Shown: positions 25,429 to 37,170 of the stretch, in pieces
How the letters are laid out: the number at the start of each line of letters is the position of its first letter
Numbering within the stretch: the stretch's first letter is position 1
Origin: Oikopleura dioica
Lineage: Eukaryota; Animalia; Chordata
DNA length: 64,000 bases
Direction of reading: 5' to 3'
Assembly (NCBI GenBank): GCA_907165135.1
Contig: OU015568.1
Coordinates: forward strand, 8,370,001 to 8,434,000
The notes under the pieces: model-generated
What the model was told of the DNA's origin: nothing
The model's input: only the letters and a program-made list of their open reading frames with translations
Database searches by the model: none
Made by a program: the position numbers and the translations under genes

Positions 25429-27069
25429 TTAGGTCTCTTTTGCGTTTGCGGATTCTTCTTGTGAGGAATTTTCGGTGTTTTTGGCTGTTGAATCTTTCGA
25501 TTCTTCGGCATCTTTTGGATCCTCCGGCTTCTTCTCGCCCTCTTCATCCGTTGGAAAAATGATATCCCCCGGTTCCGGCATGGGCGGTAGCCACTCTTCT
25601 TCCGGACAAAGCTTTTTGAAAAGATTTTCGGCCCAGGAAACAGCGTAATCGTAATCTGGGTCGAATTGAACTGTAGGAGAAACTTGTACGTTCGCTGGAA
25701 GATCGTTGAGGTGGACTTTGGAGTTGGTGAATTCCATTTGCCAAAGAGAATCGGTGGCGAACTTGGAAGAGAATTTATCGAGAGTGGGTTTGTGGCGGCA
25801 TCGGAGAGTGACGATTGATTTTCCTTTTGGTGTCGTGGAGGAACTACTGTCTGATTCAAAGGGTTGTGAATGAGAAGGGAAAAAATTAATTGGGTAACTG
25901 AGCGTTATAAGAGAACATAAACCCTTTTCCTAATGCGAGTCCCCAGATATGATGACCATCGACAATAGCAGTAATGATGCAATGATCTGGTTCTGGTCCA
26001 GAATCTTCCGCCAGCGCGAGTTTCTCATCCTTGATAATCTTCTTGAGGTCGTCGTCAGTCAAAATGATGATGACCTGATGAAAATCTTCCTCCGTGTTAT
26101 TGTGGTATGATTCGAGGTAGTTTACTTCTGCAATCATGTGATCGCATCGAACTTTATGGGGCGTTGAAGATTCTGGGACGGAGATCGAAAGCGATGTTAC
26201 GAGGTCATCTTCGAGAAAGATTTCTTTGAGAGGATATTCTAGCACCGTTATCCCGCCAAAAACCGCACACATCCGAGCAAATGCTTGAGCTAACTCTCCA
26301 GATCCATAAGAAGCGTAAAGAAAAGCAGAAGCTGCGGAATATTTTCCCAGGGAGCTGATGAATTTCTTGAGCTTAGCCAATCCGTCATAAAGTGATAAAT
26401 CCTCGGTGTTGGAGAAAATTATTGAAGATTTGACGAAGGATTTGAGCTTTTCTGTGAGCTTGAATCGCTCTAGAAACTGATCGAAAGTTGAAATTTCTTC
26501 GGATGGTTCTTCTTGCAGTGATTTGGTCAGGAAGTTCATCATTTTTCGCTTTTCAATGACTGTAACTCGTTTCGACGCGAAAAGATCAGCCCTGGAAGCT
26601 GGAACCGACATGAATTCATCTTCGTAGACCGTTTTTAGCGAAGCTACGTTTTTGAAGGATAAATATCTCGTTGCCTTTGACTGAATCAAAAGCTCCGTCA
26701 TTTTTCCAGTAGAAAATAAAGGGGAATTGTCGACGTTTATGTTGAAGCGGTACTGCTCGGTCCTGAGGAACATCTCAAACGTATCCCAGCATTCGGAAGG
26801 AGTGAATTTCAAGTTGGAAATTACTTTCGAAGATTCGCAAGAGGCCTTCCAGCTTTTGGCTTCTTTCATGTTGAAATTGCTCCATTCTGAGCCGTAGAAT
26901 GTGTTTCTGAAAAATAATGATAAATTTTGCAAAAATAATGATGAAGAACGCAGTACCGATCAATTTGCAGCACCGATTTTCCAATTCTAGCGCAGGCAGC
27001 TGCAAAAATCGAGCATGGAAGACCCGTCCCGCAAACAACAAAATCGACTTTCTTTGGCAACTCATCCAT
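25429..27069 (-). CDS. CHM: Rab escort protein (REP/CHM, GDI family)
   Basis: DFVVCGTGLPCSIFAAACARIGKSVLQID; YGSEW; VPASRADLFASK; YGSGELAQAFARMCAVFGG; C-terminal AENLFKKLCPEEEWLPPMPEPGDII. Confidence 0.92.
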
Positions 27070-27339
27070 TTTCTTTTTTTTCACTTCTCTTTTGAACTTC
27101 TCTAGATTCGCGAGGGATGAGTCATTCAAGAAATAATTTTTTTCAACTGCCCGCTGATTGGCCGCGAGCTGTGACGCAATCTGAATAGAATTTTCTCAAG
27201 AATTTTTGATTGATTTTATTGTTTTATTGCAAGGAAAAATAGTAGTATTTACAGTGAGAATGTCCAGTTTTTTCGAGTTTCCTCTTCTTTTTCTTTGTCA
27301 CTAGAATTTTTTCTCAGCGAACTAAATTTCTAAGAGAAC

Positions 27340-30300
27340 TCACTCTGAATGAACTGAAATGGAACCAATCGACTCCATGATGTTTCCCGATGAGATGTTT
27401 TCGTAAATATTCATCTTCTGTTGATGTTTGTAAGCGTCGTAAACTTCTGTCGTGCTCTTTCGAAAAGTCGCCTTTTGTGCCTCCGATTCTGCTGCTGAAA
27501 TCGCGTTGCTTTCGTAGACATTTGTCAAAAGATCAGCCTGGGAACGGGACTGATTCGAAGTTGTTGACCCTCTCATGCGAATTCCTTCTTGCTTTTCGAT
27601 GCAAGTTGCCACTAGAATTTGGTAAGTAAGGCTTTTGAGGTCAGACTCACCGGATAATCGCGATTGATGAGCACTTTCTTCCAGTTCAGACGAATTCGAG
27701 CTCTGTCGAATTCTCTCCTCCATTCTCGCAATCGATTCCTCCTGTAAAAGTGACTGTCTCTCTGTCGCTTCCGTGTGGATCAGGTTTTCGAAGTGGAAGC
27801 TCCCACTTCTCGGTTCGTCTGCCTCTATAATATTTATAGAAAAAAAATTTTTCGATAGATCTCACCTGACTGGTATTCAGAAACGTATGCTTCTGAAGAA
27901 TCGTCAGCGGGCTCTCCGCCCCTTCCCGCCAGGTGCTGAAAATGAGATGCTAAAGGGGCTTCACAAATCATCATGTTTAGGCCTCTGTGAAAGATGACGG
28001 CCGAAACACGAATTCATAATGATGTGGTAAGATTCGAATGCTGTAAGTGTTTGTCTCTATGTGAAGCCTTTCCTTGTTCGCTATTGAGAGTGCTTACTGG
28101 CTCGTCATCGAGGCTTGATGGATAGGCTTCTGTATCTTAAAATTTACTGTAATTCGATCTATAGAAAAGTTGACTCTCTTACCGTCGTAAAGAGGCTGGT
28201 ATTGATTCCTAAGCTGGACCCGGAGAACATCTGTCACTTCCGAGTCTAATTCGTAGCTTGAAGCTACGTCAACGGGGACAATAACTTCCTCCTTTTCTTG
28301 CTTCTGTTGATCCTTCATGAGATCCATGGCTTTTGGTCCAAGAGACTGAAGAAGATCCTCATTTCCGTCAGTTTCTATTTTTCTGTACATCTGCGTCTCT
28401 TCAATTAATTGATTATATGATTTATATGATTGAGATTGTTGTTGTGCAGAGACTTCTTGTTTAGCCACTCTTCCGATGATAGTTTCGGTCGTCAACGTGA
28501 CCTTCGCCATTGTCTTCGACCCGGTCTGATCACGTGGCCCAATCGTATCTGCTTCAACTTGGGCGAACATTGACAAGTCCTGCGAGCTAATTAAATCCCC
28601 AGTGCGCTGTCTATCTTTTCCTCCACTGGCTTCTTCAACAACATGAGCCTCTCTCATCTTGTTCACGTGATCATACGAAAGCTGTCTTGTTAGGTCACTG
28701 ATCGACTCCGCGAAGAAAATGCTGTTTCGGTCGGAGCTTTTCATTTGGTCAATCGTTACTGTACTTGTCTGAGCTTCACCAAGGCCCCATCGAGTTTCAG
28801 CTCGGATTTCGAAGGTGTACTCTTCTGATTTTTTCAATTTGCTGATTGCTATTGTTCGTTGACTTCCAGGAAGTGGCAGGACTTGTTTTTGCTTAGGATT
28901 TTTCGTTGGGTAGTAGAGGAAGAGATATTTGGTGATTCTAGTGTCTATATCTGGGGGTTCGCCCCAGGAGACATGAACAGATTGGTCGTCTATGTTGTCA
29001 AAAGTGATGCGCTGTGGGGGACCAGGAGGGCTTCCCTTGGTAACGACACGGACATGTTGAGAGCATTTGTATTTGTTGTCGTAGTCGAACGCGGTCACTA
29101 GAACTTGATACTCACTGTCAGCTTGAAGAGCTGGAATGAGTGTTTGCGTTTCTTCGGGAGACAGTTTAACCATTCTTTCGTCTTTGTCATCGTCGTAGAG
29201 TTTGATGCAGCTCACGATATAGTAAGCGACGTCGCGCTGATAGTCCCAATTGGCGATGGCATCGTTCGCGCCTACAATGTTGACAGCGACTTGAGGTGGT
29301 GAAATTGGCTCTCGTTCCCGTTGCTGCTCGACTTCTTGGATTGTGTGGGGGATGATCGGCGTGTTTGCCATTGTCCAAGATGAGGAAGACGACTGTTGCG
29401 AGGAGACCGATGCCAACGATTTCATCGAAGTCTGCATCTCCTGGTCTCTTGATAACGGCTTGTACTCGACATCAGTGCTTGTTCCGGCAGTGTTGAATTG
29501 AGTTCTGAAAAAAGAAATGATTGATAGATGTGTTGAAAAGTGAAAAGTTAAACCTTGGTTCCGGTGTTGGTGGTATAACAACAGGTGTGCTTACTCTTCG
29601 CTGGGGCTTCTCAACTGGCACTGTAGATTTAGGAGCGATAAGTTCATCCAGTTCGGGCTCGTTAGCACTATTCTCTTCGATTGGAATTTTTGTCACAATA
29701 TTTCTTTTACAATAAAGCCAGCAAAACTGCAATAAGATCAATAACAAAAGCAGTAAAAGAACCCAAGGAATAATAATCAGGGAAACATCCGACTCGGCGG
29801 TGATTGCTGCAGTTGTCATTTCCATTGTCGTTTCTTGGAAATCTGGCTCTCTACGAATTTCTTCACGATAATCGCAAAAATCTCCTTGACGTAGCTGACT
29901 TCCGTTGCGACACTGGCATTCATCCAGCTCGTTCAAGTACGCCCCATTGCCAAAGCACGACACGCAGGTCGAGGTCATCTTTGCTTCCAAAAAATACACT
30001 CTGCAATTACAGGTTGATTTATCCTGGCTGAGTATGGCTGACTCCTCATCGCAAACGCAATTTCCTGTCGCAGACATAACCGATGTCGGTCCTTGGCAAG
30101 GAATGCACATGATGTCTTCGTAGACCATTGATCCTTCCGGACAAGTGCACTCATTGGCGGTTGAATTTTCAATACCACCAGCGCACATTGCGCAGACTCC
30201 TGGCTCTTTCATATAAAAAGTGCCTTGAAAACGTTGTTTAGTGAAAAACTTAGATATTGATCGAGCTTGAAATAGGGTTAACAACGATTCCTGTGCAGTA

Positions 30301-32670
30301 GCAGACACCGTTTTCGTCGAGCGCTGATCCAGGTCCTGTACAAGGTAAGCATTGACTGGCGTCTGGGGAGAGCTAAACTAGGGTTTTATTGCTTCAATTT
30401 GACCTCTTATTTATCTTCCTACTATAGGCATCTAGGCCAACTAACAGAAACTTTTCATTTTTAGAGTTTTATTTAGGATATTTCAAACCCTATAACTGAG
30501 TTCCTTCTTCACAGACGCAGATTTCACCTGCAGTACCCATGCGCTCGGAATAATTTTGATTTACAGTAGACCCCGGAGGACATGTTATACACGCCCCTGT
30601 AGAGGTTAGAAACGTATCTTCGGGGCACATGCATTCGTCTTCTTCTGTTAGCGCTCCTTCGCACGGAATGCAGGTGCCTTCACTGCTTCTCTGATAGCCA
30701 GTTTTACAGGTGCACCCTTTCTCCGGATCTGCGAAGGAATTGAGATCGCCGCAAACGCAATTATTATTTTTGTCTAGTGCGGCTCCTGGGCCAAAGCAGG
30801 AAACACAGGCGATCTTCTGGAAATTCAAAATGGAAAATTTCGCGTCGCAGGCGCACCTGTTGTCTCAGTGAATGGATACTTAACTCAGACGGGAGCAGTC
30901 AGACGAGAGACGCCTTGGACGCTAATTAAAAAAGAAACCCTATTTCCCGTGAGATTAGTTCCCGATGAATTTGGCCAAATTCGAAAATGGCTGCACGATT
31001 TCAAGTAAATCAAATGATTTTGTATCCTGCCCTTTGATAAACGCGCCCGGCCCCTCGCAACGCGTGCATGAGCTGCTATCGTCGGACAGGATGAATCCTT
31101 CGTGACAGGAGCAATTGCCGCTTTGGGTCAGATAACTTCCAGCGCCGTGGCATTTAACGCATTTGTTTCCAGATAAAATAAACTCTAATAATCACGTTAG
31201 CTTTCCTTACTTAGAAACAGGCAACAACGGGGACAAGAGATATTGATGTTTACCGTGATCACAGGAGCATTTATCGCCTCTCAGAAAACTCCCTTCTCCT
31301 TCGCACCGAATACACTCTCCAGTTTCGGATTGAATAAATCCACTGTCACAAATGCATTCCAGCCCATCGAGTATTTTTCTGTCGCCAAAGCAGGGCACAC
31401 AAGTTCCCTCGGAAGAAAGTTGACTTTTTTCTTACACTTGCATTTTCCTTTCTTCGTTAAATAACTTCCAGGACCATTGCAAATTACGCAAGTGGCAGTT
31501 TCAGAATTCAAAATGCCATTCTCGCAGTGGCACTGATCATCTTGAAGCGAAGCTCCTGGTCCAGAACATCTTACGCACTGCCCGCTAGAACTCAGCAGAC
31601 TAGGCCCTTCGCACGTACACTGACCACCTATCTGATCCAAGGATGACCCATCGCCAAAGCATTTCACACATTTTGCTTCGCTCTTCCAAAGCACGTGGTT
31701 TTCTGGGCATGTACAATTTTCTTCGTTATCCAGTTCACCACCAAAGCATTTGATGCAGGAAACAGTTTTTGAGGTTTCTTGATTTGATATTTTTGCTATA
31801 ATTTGTCGGTAGGAGGGGTCTTGTTTTATCTTATATGATATAAGTTATATCTTTTAAAGGAATAGCTGATCCTCGGAAACCTATCTAAAGGAGCTATAAA
31901 GATGACCCTCTGGACACGTACAACTATTATTAGACACATGTCCTCCTGCGCACGGTAGACAACTTCCAGTTGGCGTTAGCACAAAGTCTGAAGGACAGTG
32001 GCAAACTTTCTCTGCAGGAGACAAGCGATAATGCTGTAATTCACACGAGCACTGGTGGTCGACTACAACAGCGCCCGGGCCACCACATTCGATGCACTTC
32101 GATCCATCTTTTAGGTGATTTTCCCCGCTATTTCTTTAGATAATATCTTTTTCGCGAATTTCACTTACCAAGAACACGTGTTTTCGACGAGATGAGCCGT
32201 TGGGCCAGAACATGGAACGCATGTTTGATCAGTTGATTCTAGATAATCTGTCTGGCAGACACATTCGCCATTTTCCAGCGTAAAATGCCCTTCTTCGTCA
32301 CAAATGGACTCGCATTGATGACCATTCCACGTCGTTTTTATCGGACAAGTACAATGAATCTCGTTTCCATTTTGGAATACGCTGCCCGCACCGCAATGGC
32401 ACTTTCCAAATTTGATAAAGGCCCCGTTGCCCGAGCACTTGATGCACCTGCTGTTCGCCTTATCTAAATGCAAGAAAATTACGACGCATCCTAAATCCAC
32501 TTTTAACCCTTCAAAGCACCTTTTTACCTAATAAATATCCTTCATCCTTTTTACAGTCACATTCTTTCGTCTCTCGATTGTAAAAAGAACCTTCTTTGCC
32601 AAGCTCGTCTTCGCAAATCTCACAGGGAGATTTCTTCTTGGCTTTTATTATTCTTCTTCGTTCAACCATC
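27340..32670 (-). CDS. Type I membrane protein: long extracellular CxxCxGxG...CxC repeat array, TM, two cytoplasmic FN3 domains, long tail (5' end unresolved)
   Basis: Repeats such as CVSCFGPGAALDKNNNCVC over many exons; TM IIIPWVLLLLLLLILLQFCWLYC; downstream FN3 pair ending EYTFEIRAETRWGLGE. Confidence 0.75.
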
Positions 32671-33529
32671 ACACCATTCTCTCTTTTTCCTATTCTTCGA
32701 CTGCGAATCTCTTAATTTCTTTCTCTTTCTTGAAGGCAAAAAAATCAACTCGTTTTCACTGAAGAAGTTGCTACGATCTCGAACCAAGGTCAGGGTGGGC
32801 ACACGTTTTCCCTGTCTCGGGGTGTTAATAGTTAGGACTAACTATCGCTCTGATGCAAGTCACTAAACTTAACAAAAAATACTTTCATCAAGATGCAATG
32901 AATGCCACCCATACGATGTTTGACTGTCCAACTTGGACCGTTCTCTTCCATTCCTTTTGCTCTTTTTTTGTCATTAATATTTCATGAATAAAGAAGCTTT
33001 TCTTAAGGAATTAATGGAACATTAAGAACATGAAACAGTTTTTAGAACATTTAGTTTCTTAATGGAATTTTCGGAAAAGCTTGAAAATAATTTGGTTTGG
33101 TTTGAATTGAATCTTGTAGTCCTGCTTTTTCTGGATAAGATGATGTCTTTGTTTATATTCGTTCCGACATAGTGATCATTATTAATTTTAATTGGAAAAT
33201 TAAACCCATTGTTATCAGGGCTCCTGCGACTCTGCATTGCTAATTATTGTTAACCCTAACGGAACACGAGGCTTTGAAATGCGTAAACGTAAGCCCTTTG
33301 CATGAGCTGGAGGGTATTCAATGAGGGTTCTTTGAGAGAACGTCGTACTTGCACTGAGGAGCATCGCCCACATACGACTGGCCACGAGTTTAGTGCAAGA
33401 ATGCAATAGCCCCGGGCTGAAAGAACATGTAACGCGCATGGTTTCGCCATTTCGTTTGGCCACTTTCAAATTACTTATTCTTCAGCCATATTGTTTTTTG
33501 AATTTCGCCCGTGTAAAAGAGCCTGCTAA

Positions 33530-36500
33530 ATGGGGTTTTGCTTATACAGGGCTTTTTGTTTGATACTGGCAGTGTTGCACAGAGATGACTCGATGGTTCA
33601 TGCAACACAGTGCATGTCGGTTAAGGATCTCCATACTGATAAAACCAACTATCTCATGTCCAATGGGTTCCCTAAGAGAGGCAGCGCGAAGCAAGATTGT
33701 ACTTTTACGTGAGTAGAACGAAAGAAAAACAGAGAAAAAATGAAGCAAGAAATCGTCATTTTCGCGGGAAATAGAGCATTAGACAGGGTGTAATTACTAT
33801 TTATAAGGTCGACAGGGAGAGTGCCAAGGCAAGGAAATTCAAATGAATCTGTTTAGTTTGGCGAATTTAAGGGTCTCACCTTGAATCGTCTTCAAAATTT
33901 AATTATTATTATGATCTTTAGGTTTTAATTTTACAATAAAAAAGTAATTTAAAAAGTCTATCTCGTATAGATGGGGTTGAAATTTTCGACTCGAAAAGCC
34001 TTGTTATGTTAGCTTCCACGTATTTAAGAAAGTAAGGTACACGTTATCGTTGTTTAATCTGCTTATCTAATCACAAGAGAATATTGTTTTTCTTCCGTCC
34101 AGCTTATCTGTCGAATTTCAAGATGCTCCCAAAGTTGAAAAGGATCCCACTTTTTCTTCAAACAAGATCTCTGAAAATCCCGTGTTCGAAAGCTCCAGCT
34201 TACAGCTAAATTCTAAAATTAACACCTTCATCCTCTTTGGGACGAGGCGAAAAATTCGGAATTTTTCGTAGAACGAATTTATCGTGCGATCGTTTTGGAA
34301 ATAACTTTCAATTTGACATGACCACATTAGAGAGAGCGGAAGGGTCAACGATCACAACGTTACGTGTCCGGATGGGTTAATTTTCTAATCCACGGAACTT
34401 CTGATAAGCTCCGTCTATCCAACCGTATTTCAGTGAGCTAGACTAGCCACTGAGGGAAAAACTTATATTCTAACTACCCATTGAAAACATTTCTAAACAT
34501 TACCTAGCAGCTTTGACATTTTTAAACATTGTGTTGCGGGAAACATAAAAGCGAAATTAAACATGTCCTGAATTAGAACTCTTTTCACGACCTTTTCAAT
34601 TCGTATTTCAAGGCGCTAAATTTAGGTTTAAACTTTCTTTGATACTATAAATTAAGGGTGTCACTTTTTTATAGATTGAAAAAGTTGGATCTTGCGATTT
34701 TTGCCTTCATGCTTTTCTATTCATAAATCGTACTTTAGGTTGAAATTAAATCACGGTTCCTATGTGAAGATTCTCCCGGAAGTTGTTGACATTCCCTGTG
34801 GTGGAGGAAATGGACTGCGAATTTACGATAGAATCGATCCAGGAGCAAAAGGAACGGATATTTTTTCGCGTAAAAGAAGATCATTGAGAGAATTTATGGG
34901 CGAAGAGATCTACGTCTTTGATCCCGTTACTTCAAAGTCAATAGCTTTTCACCTCCTGTAGGCTACGGTCTGTTGTAATCGACAGGCTGGCACCTCTGCT
35001 CTAGAAGACAAAACCAAAAAGGCCCGACCGAGATTTGAACTCGGGATCTCCTGATTACTAGTCAGGCGCTTTAACCAACTAAGCCATCGGGCCTGTCTAC
35101 CTCGCTTCAAAAAGCTAGTTAAATTACAATATTAGAGATTAAGGACCTCCCTCCGATAAAAATATCCCAATCAGTCACCGACCAAAACACTCCAGGAAAA
35201 CCATCAGAATTCCAGACACCACTCTTCTGCGGAAAGAACGTCCGAATTCCAGCCTTCGTTTCTACCGACGTTGAGATGCTGATCCACTACAAGGGTCCAG
35301 TAAGTACCATGGAGTTTTACTCTTGATGGAGAAAGTCCCTGGGCCCCCTTCCCCGTTTCCCGCGCAATGCGATGTCGGGGGATTCTAGAAATTTTGCCAA
35401 GCCTATGTTTGGCGTTTTCTCGAATCTCGAAATTATGTGCGGAAGAAAAATGTCCGCTGATTGGCTAGACACAGCTGGCGCAAAATTAGGCGCGCTCTGA
35501 ACTGAGCGTCGAATAAAGCCTATGCATTTTTCGACGCTCAGATTCTCTTATCTCCACTTAGAGCTCAACTCCATGGTAGATTAACGCTGTATGCGGCAAA
35601 TTGTCTTTGGTGTTTTATAATCAAATTGACCGGCCAACGTGTATAGAAGCGCATTGGTCCTCTAGTTTTGGGTAAAAACAGGCGATTTCAGCACGATAAT
35701 GGTGATAGATGTACGTGCGAGCATCAAGGGTACTTGAGAAAACCCCCTTTTTTGAGGAGCACTTAGAAATACCTTTCTAGTTGTTTTCAGAATTTAGAAA
35801 TTTGGAAAACGTTGTTACTTCATAACTGACGTTTTTGAAAATCTGTGTGTTTGTTTAACACGAGCGGAGAGCATAATCTTCTGAATATTGGATAATTATA
35901 TCTTGTTACCCGCGTCTCCTGGGCGAAAATAGCACCGTCATTCTGATTGACCTTTTTGCCTGCGGACTCGGAATGTTGCTCAGTAATTTGAGTTGATGTT
36001 TGAATATGCCGAATCAACAAGAAATTTATAAATCGTTAATTTTAGCCTGGCGCGAGGTTCAAGATCGGATACAAGGCAGTTCGTTCGTCCAAGGGGCCCA
36101 AGGTTCCGCGTATCGCATCGACCAGGGATGAAGCCATCCAGGATCTGAACAAATGGAAAAATCAGCTCAAAAAGATGCAGAAGAACAAAATCTCTAATTA
36201 CGCGGCTGGAGGCGGAGGAAGCAGCCCGAATGAAAACTGGTCTGTTTCTGCGCCAGAGTGGAAGCCGCCCGGAAACAACCCTGTCCAGCTTAAAAACCAC
36301 CGTGGAGGCGGAAACCACAACGCGTACGATTACTACCAGGGAAATAACAACGCGAGGAACAACTACAACTATAATTATGGAAACAACAACTACGGGAATA
36401 GAGGCGGCTTCGGAAGAAACAACGGGCCAAATTTAAACAACCACGGTCCTTATGAGCCCAAAGAAGACTACGGCGTCTATGACTTTGAAGCTTTTGACGA

Positions 36501-36836
36501 AGAAGAAACGCCGAAGCAAGGGCTCGGTTCAAGTACAAAAGCAGCGCTGGTGATCCTTTTTCTTTTGGTCGTAAGCGGAGGAAGTTTGGTTTATTATAAC
36601 GAGCGATACCTTCCGGAGAAAAACGAAAGGAGGAAGAGGCTCTTAGCTACTTGCAAAAGAGGCATTCTAATCCAACGTCCACTAATCCAGGAACCGCTGC
36701 TCCTGGTGAATCTACAGTAGCAACAACTACCAGAACAGAGGCTACTACAGACGAGCAGAAAGAAGAAGACCAGCCCCCGAGTTTTGAAGAGGCGGAGAAG
36801 GATAAAAAAGATGCCAAAGAGAAGCCAAAAGAATAA
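33530..36836 (+). CDS. CUB-like domain type I membrane protein with N/Y/G-rich stalk; probable 1-bp frameshift near 36620
   Basis: Signal peptide MGFCLYRAFCLILAV; SNGFPKRGSAKQDCTFT and LFCGKNVRIPAFVSTDVEMLIHY (CUB-like); TM AALVILFLLVVSGGSLVYY. Confidence 0.55.
35020..35093 (-). tRNA. tRNA-Thr(AGT)
   Basis: GGCCCGATGGCTTAGTTGGTTAAAGCGCCTGACT-AGT-AATCAGGAGATCCCGAGTTCAAATCTCGGTCGGGCCT folds as a cloverleaf with A/B boxes; T-runs follow on the minus strand. Confidence 0.95.
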
Positions 36837-37170
36837 ACAAACTATTTAACCGCTTGAATTCTGCGGCCATGCTTGCTCTAAATATTATTTCTGCGTTGCT
36901 ATTTTTCTGAGTTTCATTCGCTAAAAAATGCTAATCTACACTTCTTCCGAGCCCAGATCTTCTGTAATAAGAATATTGAACATGTGCTTTGTACAAACTA
37001 TTATTTGATAATAAATGCTATCGAAACAATAGATGCTGATTTGGTTTTACGAAAATTTCTTTATTGAACTTTCGGTGAGGTTTGTCGTGAGGCAGTAAGT
37101 GAGAGAATAAGGGAACGTGAGAGTTACAGGAATGTGAAAAAGTGAAAAATATACAGTGAAAGAGGTGAAC

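Noticed and set aside
33022-33469. Short minus-strand ORFs as a separate gene
   Set aside because: They may be 5' exons of the Cys-rich/FN3 gene, but I could not establish frames or splice sites.
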